A stretch of 64,000 nucleotides of DNA from Octopus vulgaris (lineage: Eukaryota), in the NCBI GenBank assembly GCA_951406725.2, contig OX597816.1, positions 119,412,001-119,476,000 on the forward strand, written 5' to 3'. The notes below the pieces were generated by a model. The model did no database searches. It was not told the origin of the DNA and was given only the letters and a program-made list of their open reading frames with translations. Made by a program: the position numbers and the translations under genes. The stretch's first letter is position 1, and each line of letters opens with the position of its first letter. Below are positions 14,557 through 26,845 of this stretch, one piece after another.

Positions 14557-16228
14557 TTCTAGTTCTTCTTTGACACTATCTCCCCCATTTTCTCATTCAA
14601 ACTAACACACCAGCTGTCTTCATAATACTCGAGTGCCCCTCTCTGAGTCTGTCTCTGTCTCTCACTGACTCACTCTTTCCTAACCTCTAAAACGTCCGTC
14701 TCTAGCTATCACTAATTTTTAGTGCTGCTGCCGCTATTACTACTACTACTATCAACTCCTTTTCCTTTTCTTCTCTATCCGCATTCTTATTCTTCTACTT
14801 TCTCCAACGTTTACCTCCTACCCTCTTACATCGTCTATATCCTCTCTTTTTATTTCATTCCAATCTCTTTTCTCCTTCTTCCCTCCTGTTTTTCCTCACC
14901 TTTCTCCAGCCTCGTTTTCAATTCATGGACTCTTCGCTTCTTCTCCCCTTCCTTCTCCTCTTCCTCTTCATCATCTCCATACTTTCCCTGGCTCCCTTCT
15001 GTCCAAATCCTTTACCCTCTGCGCTGTTCACCTTCACCTTCACCATTTCAACACCAGCCATTATAATTTCCCTTCTTGGTGTCGTCTGCATCAGTGAATT
15101 GCCTGTACATACAACTGATTAAATAACTTAATCAACATTTTTTCACTAATTTACTCTTCATTTATTCCATCCTTTCTCTTTCATCAACTTTGCTCCTGAC
15201 TCATTATTCTTTCTTCATTTTCTCTCTCAATAGTTATATCTTTTCTTTCTTTACCTTTATGGGTTTTTCACTTCCTTTCTTTCTGGTTTTCTACCACTCC
15301 CTTTTCTCACTTTTAAAATACATCCATAAATGAGAAATAATAAATAGTAGTAAAGATACTACCGTTTATTTTTGGTTTTATATGGGTTTTTTAAAAGTTA
15401 TTTATACATATTTTTCAGTCTTTCAAATTTCCATAATAAAATTTATTTCATATTGGTTCCATCTAGAATTTTTACTTTGAGAAAATTTGCAAGTCAACCA
15501 CCCATTTATTTATTTAATTATTCATTTATTTATTTATTTACGTGAAATATATGAATGTAACAAACTGGGATGGAATGGGTTAGCGTAAACTCTATACATC
15601 GCTTCATATAAAATGTGAGTACTTAAGACATTTACGTAGTTATTCATCGTACATGTGTGTTTACATTCTAGGAGCTTTCACGTTGACATATATGCTTGTA
15701 GTGTGAGCGCATTTAATCCATACATGCTTTTATTTGAAATGTGTACAATTTGCACAATATAATTTGCATATTCTTCATACCGAGTCAACAGGGGTTGCTA
15801 TGCAAGTGGTCGACCTACAGGAAATAGCAACCAAATCTCCCTAAAATCATACCTACTGTCCCGGCGTGGATAGAGTCGTTCGATAGTATGGTTTAGTTAC
15901 ACCATACTCTCAAAGAGATGGCGTGATCAAGTCTTGAATGCCTTTGAACATGGGTCTGCTCGTTTAGCACGAACGCTTAAAAAAACTCAACAATAACAGC
16001 GAGGTTAAATCATTGGATAGAGTTCCTCAAGATATTTGTTCCGATTCTCTACGCTTTGAGTTTAAATCCCGCTGAAGTCAGCTTTACCCTTTATTCTTCG
16101 AACAGGAATACGATACAGATTCAGGGCGATGAATTAGTAGAAGTGTAAGGAAGCTGGACTGGATGCATTGAGGTATTTGTTCAGAATCTTTGCATACTGA
16201 GTTCAAATCCGTCGTGGCTTATTTGGGC

Positions 16229-16282
16229 GATTGACTTAATCTGTCACCCGGCTGTTAAACCTAGTGACAGATTAAGTCGATC
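16229..16282 (+). other. Short near-perfect hairpin (19-bp arms, 16-nt loop)
   Basis: gattgacttaatctgtcac ... gtgacagattaagtcgatc; the single mismatch is a G.U wobble on the plus strand. Confidence 0.7.
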
Positions 16283-17329
16283 ACTACCTAATACATTGTT
16301 TGGCTTTAAAGGTATCCAGTCTGTTGCAAGCATTCGACTCAAGTCTCTGGTTTGAGAACAGTTTCCTACCTCTCACTAACCTCGGTGGCCCTGCGAAGGA
16401 TCATAGACAGTCTTCTCTCCCAACTAAAATGATTTTTAAAAGTTGTTGGATTGTATGTATGCACACAAGACTGACACAATTATTGATAGCATGGAATATG
16501 AGAAACTAAAGTTTAAATGTATTCTGCATGTGTATAATATTTGATCCGACCATTTTGCCTCCTAAATTGTGGGAAAATTTGTGAAATTGCTGCGTTATTT
16601 TTATTTTTACGCTATAAGCAGCATAACAAATGCATTCCGGACACAGTAATATAGGCCTTAAATACTTCCGCTCAATAAGGTATATTTTTCTTCCATTTTT
16701 CCCATGGCTCAACTGTTGAAAATGAAATAAAACTCCAGTTATTGATATATTGAAAGTTTTGTTTGTTAATAACTGAGTTTTCTCCTAAATGAAAAAAAAA
16801 TCAGTTTTATCGCCTCATTTTATGTTCTATTTAAAATAGATATATTTCAAAATTCCATTTGATTCTAAAGAATACATCAAATCGACCAAAATGAACAGAA
16901 ATGATGGATTTCCCAAATCATAATTGAGCTTTGATAAGTACTCGAAGGGTAACATCATTTTTTTCAGCGTAGTCAGAGAAATATACCGTATATAAACATA
17001 TAAAGGCTTGCATACATTTGCGTGTATATACAATAGATATATATGAAGAAATATTTTCTACAATTAAAAACGGATCGTCGCAAATCTTGTGGTTGGGAGA
17101 TCGTTTTATGTTAAGCATTTTTCACTATTTTCAGTTTTTTCAAAAACGCTTGTTAAAAAGTAATCTGTGTAGTATTATTTTTATGCCTTTCATAGTTGAT
17201 TATTTTGTTCCTCTTTATTTAAAAATATGGAACATTTTGAATTTTGTACCTGCACAAACGTCTAGATGTACACTGCATGGAACATTTCTATGTGATGAAC
17301 TTTGATTTCTTGCTTAGGTACCCTTACCT

Positions 17330-18560
17330 AACCTTTTAATTTCGAGCTTGTTTGGTCCCTAAAATTTTTATTATAGTGTGGGCTTGTGATGCAGCAAATG
17401 GATTTTTTTTGTTTTTTGGGGGTGGGGTGGGGAATGGTGGGTGCAATCTAGAACTGTATTAAACTTCAATTCCTTCCTATTCTTTTTTTGTGGGGGAGGG
17501 GGGGATAGCAACGCAGGTTTCCACATTTTGTTTTTTGCATATTCTTTTGATGTGAATTTCGCCTTGTTAAGAGTATTTTAAAATTTGGTAGTTGTATTGG
17601 GCTATTAATAATTTGTGACTTTTTTTCAAGTTTTTATACCTAGTGCGAAATTGGAAGGTATCTTTCAAGAATTATGGGTGACTACAAACTGAATATTTAT
17701 TCTTTGTCTTTCCCTTATTGAGGGTTCTTTTGTATGTCAGGGATTGAGATCTCTTTTGCCTTGGATATAGCATAATTTACCGAATTGTTCCTATATTTTT
17801 CTTTCGGAAGGAATATTTTCGTTCCTCTCGTCTATTTACATCAGTAGCTATTGAACACATACGTCTCCTCATATTAAATTGAATATTTCTTTTGATGTGG
17901 GATGGATGTCAAAATATAAGATATAACTATTGGTGTGCCGTATCCTTGGCAAAAGATTAGTTGTAACAATCTTATTTTTCTTAATTATCAAAAATGTCCC
18001 AAAAAGGAAGTTCCGTTTCATTCATTTCCAAAGTGAATTGGATCAATACATGGATGCTATTTATTAATTTTAGGAATCTCATAAAGTGTCTTTCACTTCT
18101 ATTCCAAAATATGAAGCAGTCATCCAGGAATCTTTTAATTAGGATTGAAGTGCTGTTCAAAAATAATCCCAGATCGGATATGGGCATTTTCTTTAAGGAA
18201 TCCCATCGCTAGTGTTCCATAAGTGGGTGCAACTATTGTACTTATTGTCGTCCAAATACTATTGGCTATCAAAGAAATAGTTTTTTTTCTGGTACCAATT
18301 GAAATCCTAGCATAAATTCTTGTGGGAGTTTCTTCTGAATTCTGTGTAGCTATTTATCTTGCCAGAAGATTACTGTTTCCGATCATAACCCATGAGGAAT
18401 ATATTTTTGAGGCTTGTCATATCGAAATATCTTGGACCGACTTTATATTTACTCTTTCTGAAATGTGGTTGAGGAAATCCATGTTATCTCTGATGAAATT
18501 AAGAACAAAATAGCATTATGGTTTCAGAATGATATTCAGTAAATTGCTTGATCGTTGAAT
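17330..18560 (-). pseudogene. Decayed Penelope-like element (RT region, frameshifted)
   Basis: KRFLDDCFIFWN...INSIHVLIQFTLEMNETELPFWDI (17981-18187) aligns with KRYLDDCFIIW...NNLHPSLKFTKEMSSTKLPFLDI of the 30051-31790 ORF. Flanking frames carry similar FIRDNMDFL and GTPMG-like remnants. Confidence 0.8.
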
Positions 18561-19729
18561 GTATACTATCGTAGGTTACATTAAATTTCGTAAAGACACT
18601 AATCTTTTCCAGGTTAAACTTAAAAAAACTTTAAGTTTGTTGTTGTTGTCGTTTTCATATAACTTACAACTTATACAAAGTTAGGAGTGATAAATACATG
18701 TTGCTGCATGATAATATCTCTAGTAAATACAAGGTGAATACTAATAAATATAACGGCATAATGATGAGGTTAAACAGGCAAAAGGTAATTGAAAATAGGG
18801 TTAGAATGTCCAGTTTAAAAAATCCTTTATAACATTAAAGGATCACAAACCCAACCTTGCAAACAAGCCCACCTGTAGAGTTAGAAACTCAACAAGGACA
18901 AAGTCGGGCATAGTAGTCAAAAATATTTTATGATATTGGTTTCAAATTTTGGTCCAAAGCCAGAAATTTAAGTGGGTAGGGGTTAGGTACTTATTTCATC
19001 CACCCCGAAACGACGAAAGGCAAAGTTGACCTCAGCGGAATTTGATCTCAGAACGAAAAATGTCGCTAAGCATTTTCTATTTCATGTTAACAATTCTACC
19101 AGCTCACCACTTGAAGAATGTTTTAGAATATTGGTTTCAAAGTTTGGCTCAAAGCCAGCAATTTTGGGGGAGGGGGTCAAGTCGATTACACCGACCATGG
19201 TGTTCAACTGGTTCTTATTTTATCGACCCCGGCATCATTTGAACTCAGAACGTAAGGACGGACGAAATGCCGCAAAACATTTTGCCCGGCGTGTCAACCA
19301 TTCTCTCAGCTCTTTGCCTTAAAACTGTTTTGAAATATCAATAACAGAATTAGACCATAGAACTGCATGAATAAGCACATAGCAGCCCTGCCATAGGCTA
19401 ATTTACGAACAAAGAGGATAAGTCTAAGTCGAGAACAAAATTCATGAAGTTTTACATCGTAGATTTTTACCCCCTCGATATGAAGACTCTTGCCAGATAA
19501 AACAATCGTTAACTAGAAAATATTTCGTCACTGACTAGATAAAAATTGAGTTAATCATGCAGCTTATGTCAAGAAATCAGAACCAGACAAAACTGTTTGA
19601 TAAATTAATGGGTTCATATAACAGTTCTGACTCATGAGATCGTGTAGAATATTTTAGATAAAATATCCTTAAAAGGAGGTGTCCTTCTGTTATATTGGTT
19701 TGTACCCAGATGCTGGATTAGGTATATCA

Positions 19730-19955
19730 CAGGGGTGGGCGAACTTTTTTGATCGTGGGCCGCACAGTGCGTCTTTGGAACCTTGGCGGGCCTCATTTAT
19801 AAACATCAAGTGAAAACTATTGTGAATTACCGTACAACTGAAACAGTTACGAAGTATCTGCATAGAAGTTGGGATTCATAAAAGCTCTCGGCGGGCCGCA
19901 TGAAAACCTATGGCGGGCCGCATGCGGCCCGCGGGCCGTAGTTTGCCCACCCCTG
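19730..19955. mobile_element. hAT-superfamily MITE (226 bp)
   Basis: TIRs caggggtgggcgaact / agtttgcccacccctg. Perfect 8-bp TSD gtatatca (19722-19729, 19956-19963). Internal gcgggccg repeats. Confidence 0.9.
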
Positions 19956-19999
19956 GTATATCACATGCCTGTAATGGTCATATACTAGATGCCTTTAGA

Positions 20000-20950
20000 A
20001 GAAACACCTCAAATCCACCTTCAGCAGTATAGCTCTCAAAACCACAGTAGCTACAAACTTCACTTCTTAGATGCTTCCCTGGACCTAGACTTAAACTTAC
20101 AATCTCTATCATAAACTAAATTAAAAACTTAGGTATATACACAAATAGTTTTACCACACCTATCGCTTTTAAAACTTTTATAGCTATCATTAATAATAGG
20201 GTCGCTAACCTCTTTCCCGCTAAAGAAATTTTCAATAAATCAGCCCCATAATATAATAGCGCCTTGGCCGACAGTGGCTTTAAGGAGAAGTTATCATACA
20301 CTTCAACCCCCAAAAGAACCAAACCTAAAAACAGGCTTTTTTTTTTACTTAAATGCTAGGATTAATATGGGCAAAATTTCCTAACCCTGATAGATAAACA
20401 TTTCTTCGATAGCCATCTGTATAAGAAAATCTACGCACGTTCTGTGAGAGTTTTCTACAACTGTGGCCCCAAAACAAAAGACATTTCAGTAGGCCAACCA
20501 ATTCCAGACTGAAACTGAAAGAACCCATATACTTACCCACTAGACCATGTATGCATGTTTAGCGCAGTCGTTCACAAAGTTGAGATCACCCCCTTCCCTC
20601 CAAATAAGAAAACTGAAACAAAAAGTACATTGGAGTGTGAAAGTGAAGTCAAAAATATACACACTAACCATCCTTCAAGCACGTAGACAAAAAGAAAAGC
20701 ATAAAGCTAGAAAGCCATACTTGGAACCTAAATGATGGCAGTATACTACACGCCATCAAGTGGAGCATCGCAGGAAGATCTAGACAAATCATTAGAGAGT
20801 CAAAAAGTGTAGGTTCAATATAGCTGAAAGACTACACATTCTTATTAGATCGATGAATTTCACGGACCTTCTAAACTCAAGGTGAGAAGTTTTTATAACA
20901 TGTACACATCTCGAAAAGTGTGTTATCGAAATAGAAAACACCCCACCCCG
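20000..20950 (+). pseudogene. Highly decayed PLE-like RT-thumb/endonuclease remnant (second PLE lineage)
   Basis: Broken frames read FLDASLDL and EIFNKSAP*YNSALADSGFKEKLSY, resembling PLE post-RT regions. Similar to 60670-61350. Confidence 0.45.
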
Positions 20951-21404
20951 ACCCCTCAGCGTATTGACACAGTTAAACGCACTTAATCCTTCTTCCTGCA
21001 AGACTACTCACACTAGGCATAGTTATTTTTTTAATGTAAACGCTCAACATTAACAATATTTTTCGTTAAAAAGATAAAGGGACATATCTTGAATTACTTG
21101 AATTATCCACCTTTCTCATAAAAGGTTTCTCAACGTTTTTTTCTCATTCTTTCTCATAATTTTTCTAGTTATTTTTCTCGCATTTCCTCACGGAGTAACT
21201 ATGTAATATCGTTCAAGTTATGTGAGCCTAAACGATTGCTGAATCGTGCACAGTACGCTATGTCCGCCCGATTAATGCTGTATCTGAGCATGTAACTTGT
21301 AGGAGTTCCCGCATAACTCCTGTATTCATTTTATGACATTTATCTTTTACTAGACTGAGTGCTTTTTGTTGATCCTAGCAACAAGCCGGCAATTATGGTT
21401 AATC

Positions 21405-21580
21405 CACTGTATTCCGCAAGGAGCATAGAGCTGGTTTCCCGGTTTCTCTAGCGAATATATTCCTCTTCGGACGGGACGCCGGTTCGTCGCAGGATTATTC
21501 ATTTTTACTAGTTGAGTGGACTGAGGCGACGGGAAATTAAGTATTTTGCTCAAGAACACAATACATTGCCTAGTCCAGTA
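21405..21580 (-). mobile_element. SINE fragment (family B)
   Basis: catttttactagttgagtggactg..gaaattaagtattttgctcaagaacacaa matches 54820-54880 and the reverse complement of 36805-36870. Confidence 0.7.
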
Positions 21581-22399
21581 CACTATATATGTTTACAGTC
21601 CTTGGAAGAATGAAAACCAAAAGTTGACCTCAACCAATCTTGAACTCAGAACGTAAAGAGCAGGAACAAATATTGCAACGCATTTTTTTCCCAATGCTTC
21701 AACGAATCTGCCTATCTTCTTCCATTATTTACAACAGCAATGAATAATGGATAATTTGAATGAAACAAACCAGTCGGTTGAGCTAGCAAGGTTGTTACAG
21801 CGTTGGTTACAGTAACTTGCAGTATTTAATTTTATACTCCTGAGTTCAGTTCCTTCTGCAATCAACTTCGCACCTCATCCTGCCAAGATCAATAAAATAA
21901 AGAACCTGTCTATCGAATAAATCAACTGCATTTATTACCTAAAACCTTATGTTAGAAATCCTTATTAAGTCACAGGTTATCCCAAGTTACCTTTATCTTA
22001 ACGTGAAGAAAGGATTAAAATAAATAATCACTTCTAATTCTTTAATGATTTGATTATGATTAACAATGTCCTTCACTACATTCCTATGAGCTGCTTCTTA
22101 ATGCCCTGTACCTCACACACGCGGGCGCGCGTATATATATATATTAGGCTATTGGCACATATATACACACATATAGAAATAGATAGATAGGGACAGAGAA
22201 GGGGAAAGCGAGAAGAATGAAGAATGAAGAGGCTGTTAGATAAAAGATCGCCAGAAAGTAGTGTCATAGATGTGTGTGAGTGAGAGAGAGAGAGAGAGGA
22301 AAAGTCAGAGAGAGAGAAAAAATCAGAGAGAGAGGGAGATAGAGTGAAAGGGAGATAGAGAGAGAGAGGGAGATAGAGAAAGAGATTATGTGTTCGCGA

Positions 22400-22434
<35 letters not shown>

Positions 22435-22905
22435 GCTATGCATGCATGTATGTCAGTATGAGAATGTGCGCGTGCATATGAAATAGCTGCAGACAGACAG
22501 ACAGACAGGCAGACAGGCAGACATACAGTGAGGGGAAGGGGTATGTAGATAGGTAAGGACGGAAGCAAGTAAGCAGCTAGCGTACTGAAATCTGTAAATG
22601 GGACAAGCAATAAACTTTAGGAGTTGATAAGACACGTAGTTTGATCCAATGTATCCTTATGGGCAGAAATGGTTGCCATCAAGAGTAATAATTCCTCTGG
22701 GTAGCTAGGTATATCAAAATAAAGGGTAATGTTTGTGATGATTTTCCGTTTGCCACAAAAGATACCAAACTAATTGCTCCAAATACACGTCTGCATAAAG
22801 ATGCAGATATTCACTTACTCATGTATGTAAACATACATACATCATGCATACATACACATATCATGCCTACATACAGATATGCAAACATACATCATACATA
22901 CATCA

Positions 22906-22939
<34 letters not shown>

Positions 22940-24169
22940 TATCATGTGATCATGTGATCGATCAGGCTACTGGATGTCGTTATACATCGCTGGTCACAAT
23001 GCACTTTCCATCGTTTTAGCTTTCAAATGATGCTACTCCGCTGGCTAGGCGTGCAGGCCAGTGTTCCCCTTATTCGGAAGCCTAGTCCGTCGCAAGGTTA
23101 CCCATTCACAGGTGATTGGACTGGCATCTCATACCAGTGAAGATGGTGAGGAATTTGTACGTATCTTTTCCCAGGTGCATTGAAACAATTATTCAAGCTA
23201 AGGGAAGCCACACGAGATATTAACAATGTACAGTAACTTCTTGAAATGAACCTCATGTAATAAGTTTTCATTATAGACATTTTTGTTTTAAAACACTATA
23301 TCTTGATTGGTTTATGGGAGGTGGTCGAAAACTTTTGTACAGCCATTTTTGGTGGTCATCTCGCATCTTGCTCTCTCATTCAGAATCCCTACTACAAAAT
23401 ATAATTATTAGGAATGGAAGTGACTCCAACAGGGACAATGTTTAATCTGTAAGAAATGTAATGCGAAATATCCACTTACAAGTTAACAATTAGTTGAAAT
23501 TTACAATAGTTGAAAGTAGTCGAAGACTTTTACGCGGTGCTGTATGGTAGCAAACGGAATGTATTAAACACTAGAAGTGGATATTTTTGTTCTCTTCAGG
23601 AAAAGAGTTTTATATTTCAGTAATTATATTTCGCTTCCCTTTGCTGTATGCTTGCTTGCCGGGTTGTTTCTGCAGCCTTTGTTGGGAACATTAAAAAAAT
23701 CGATGCCAGCTTCCCCTTCTTTGATATATGCAAGGTAGCAATCGACAGTTTAAACAGCAATTACACAAAAACACCAACAGGGAAGTATAACGTATTATAC
23801 TCAAAGACGGACTATACTCGAGGATTTACAGTATATATATTTTTATTTCAATTGCAGGCAATGGTCAGTTGACTGTTGACACCGTCTGAAGAATTGCCAA
23901 AATACAAAACAAACAAAAAATTGTATTCGGAGCCTCCACAAAAAATCCACAAGCATATTTTCCGATATTCTAATTATTATTTTAATGCACTGCTTGAGAG
24001 TTAAAACCTTCCATATAAAGTAATTCAAATGATGATATACAAGAAAATATACATATATATATATATTAAAATTATAATTAAGGGTATCTAAAGGATCCCA
24101 AACACCACGACGTCTACAAACTTTTGAACTGTTCGTAAAAGCTGTCCCTTTCGTTTTCACTTTATTTTT

Positions 24170-24345
24170 TTCATATTTTTCTCATATATTTTTCTCTCCT
24201 TGTTTTTTTCTGTGTATCTTTCTGTAGAAGAGCGTAGGCTCGAAAGGTAAAAGACTTTTTCTATTCCTGAGCGCTATACTAATACATTTGTTTGTCTGTA
24301 CTCCACCTGCCTTCGTCTTTTGTTTATTTTCGTAAATTTTCCCTT

Positions 24346-24350
<5 letters not shown>
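24170..24350 (+). mobile_element. Short HHR-bearing repeat (PLE pLTR-like), ending at a TA tract
   Basis: Contains the HHR at 24217-24254. Its 3' part is repeated at 3625-3695, and its organisation parallels 56280-56472. Confidence 0.65.
24217..24254 (+). ncRNA. Minimal type-I hammerhead ribozyme, probably inactivated
   Basis: Stem I UCUUU/AAAGA; core CUGUAGA (A6U); extra A; stem II GAGC-guag-GCUC; GAAA-GG-UA. Confidence 0.65.
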
Positions 24351-24376
<26 letters not shown>

Positions 24377-24572
24377 GTATGCATATACATACACACGCAC
24401 ATTAGGAAGAAAGAATGAACAGGCAAACAATCGGTTCAGAGCGTGGAACTTATATATCGAAACATAACTTTTGAGTTGCTACAATAGAGTTGTTAGAATA
24501 GAATAAGGTAGATCGTAGGAATGAGAGTGTAAGTCAACCTGAGCACTGTGTATGTGTGCGTATGCGAGTATA

Positions 24573-24621
<49 letters not shown>

Positions 24622-24776
24622 TAAGAGAAAAAAATCTATCAGAAAGGAACTCTATCTCTCTTTCAAAAAATATCTTTTGATAAGCATAACAAATGCGCAA
24701 CCGGTAAAAAGAACTTTCACCTAATTAAATACACTCTCACTTACTTAAATTATTTTGTCAGCATTTTCTTCATTTC

Positions 24777-24849
<73 letters not shown>

Positions 24850-25627
24850 GCGACGCCAGGTAATCAGCGTCACTCGGGCTCATCGTAGATTTTGCATAAG
24901 GCACATGCTTGCTCGTAGAATTTCATGTTTTTCCGCAATATTTCTAGCCCCAAGTGGCTTATTTTTTATATCTAGTACTATGTCTTTCTCCATTTCTAAG
25001 TTAAGGGTAAAAATAATGTTACCTTGCAAAACACAACTGATTTTGAAACACAGACGCACAGAATAGCTGCATTTAAATAACGACAGCGGAGTGAACAACA
25101 TAAATCAGCGATCTGTCGTCTGTACTCTTGACAAGAGATGCCAGTTAGTCTTTTACACCTACCAGGCTCGTTCATGTTAGCCCGAGTTGCTGGATAATTT
25201 TTCGTTCCTTTAATATTGTAGAACGGAAACTTTTCATAGATTAGAATTTATATCCTAATCTCTACAGAAATTTATTGTTTCAAAAACACATTAAGTTTGA
25301 ATCACTTTTAATTTTTACGATTATAGATAACTCGGGCTGTAAATTCTGAGCCCAAGTCACACGTGTGTGAACGGTGTCGAGAGAACGTCTGCTATGAATG
25401 ATATTTTTTGACACAGGGCGCCTCCAAGACGACCGCCAGACGCTGAACGTAAATAAATGAACTGCGACCAGGCTCAATGAAAGGAGCCCGAGTAATTGTT
25501 TGCAATTATATCCTTGAAGTCAATGTTGACAGAAATTAAATCAGCTTACAAATACACGCTCATTTTACTAAATTTATACTCGGGTCAAGCCCGAACAACC
25601 TGAGTGCCGGATTCAACACTGACATAT

Positions 25628-25684
<57 letters not shown>

Positions 25685-25712
25685 AAAGTTGGTTTGTGAT
25701 AGCACGTGGTTG

Positions 25713-26570
25713 AATATATAGAAAATAGTAAAAAGTGAAAAAACTACAGAAGGCTTGTTTTAAAAGGTTAAAAATATATATTTGAGTTAATAAATGTCTG
25801 AAGAATATTATAAATTTTTTTCTTACAATGACATAGTTTAGAAGAAAGACTGGTTTCGCGTTTAGCTTTTCAAATTTCTTACGTCATTATGTTTATGTTG
25901 AGCATAGTTATCGTTATGTTTATGTTGAAAAGAGTTCTAAATAAGGGGAGGTAATGAGTGATTTCTTCCGGTGTAAGGGAGATAATCGCTTACAATTTTT
26001 TGCCTTTCCCTTGGTGTGAATTTCTCTATATCAGTATGTTGGAATGGTTAAGTCTGGGCTCGTACTTTTCAATGAAAAATATTTCCTTGTTTAGTCTAAT
26101 TTGTGTTGAGAAATGCGCAAAGCAACTACTACCACAATTTTTAATCTTCCCATTTTACCAATGTGCTATCGGATCATCAACACAAATTAGACTAAACAAG
26201 GAAACATTCTTCATTGAAAAGTACGAGCCCAGACTTAACCATTCCAACATACTGATATAGAGAAATTCACACCAAGGGAAAGGCAAAAAATTGTAAGCGA
26301 TTATCTCCCTTACACCGGAAGAAATCACTCATTACCTCCCCTTATTTAGAACTCTTTTCAACATAAACATAACGATAACTATGCTCAACATAAACATAAC
26401 GACGTAAGGAATTTGAAAAGCTAAACGCGAAACCGGTCTTTCTTCTAAACCATGTCATTGTAAGAAAAAAATTTATAATATTCTTCAGACACATTAACTC
26501 AAATATATATTTTTTAACCTTTTAAAACAAGCCTTCTGTAGTTTTTTCACTTTTTACTATTTTATATATA
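25713..26570. mobile_element. 5'-truncated PLE 3' end with inverted duplication (~400-bp arms, ~67-bp spacer)
   Basis: 25713-26109 is the reverse complement of 26177-26570. The plus strand encodes CAKQLLPQFLIFPFYQC...IRLNKETFFIEKYEPRLN, homologous to the C-terminus of the GIY-YIG ORF (CGRKIYIIFPFYKL...REKNFIDKFEPKLN). TA tracts flank it. Confidence 0.88.
26406..26444 (+). ncRNA. Minimal hammerhead ribozyme with U3:A8 core (mirror copy at 25842-25880 on minus)
   Basis: Stem I AAGGAA/UUUCUU with one extra U; core UUGAAAA; stem II GC-uaaac-GC; GAAA-CCGG-UC with palindromic loop III. Located in the PLE 3' UTR. Confidence 0.65.
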
Positions 26571-26574
26571 TATA

Positions 26575-26845
26575 TATCACCGTCACTGACCAGGCAATCA
26601 TATGTTGCTACACATCGCTGGTCACAATGCGATTCGCACTGTTTTAGCCTTCAAATCACGCCACCCCGCTGGCTAAGCAAGCAGGCCAACAGAAGAAAGA
26701 ATGAGAGAAAGTTGTGGTGAAAGAGTACAGCAGAGATCGCCACCACCACCTGTCGGAGCCTCGTGGAGCTTTAGATGTTTTCACTCAATAAACACTCACA
26801 ACGCCCGGTCTGGGAATCGGAACCGCGAATCCGCTACCCTAACCA
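26575..26845 (-). mobile_element. tRNA-derived SINE (related to 46875-47045, 60405-60605, 22940-23120, 51885-52015)
   Basis: acacatcgctggtcacaatgc..ttttagccttcaaat..cgccaccccgctggcta and cactcacaacgcccggtctgggaatcg.aaccgcga recur at those loci. Confidence 0.75.

Noticed and set aside
23240-23545. Possible Tc1-like relic (gtcgaa.actttt..c..tgta motifs)
   Set aside because: The motifs are in direct orientation with no transposase frame; insufficient support.
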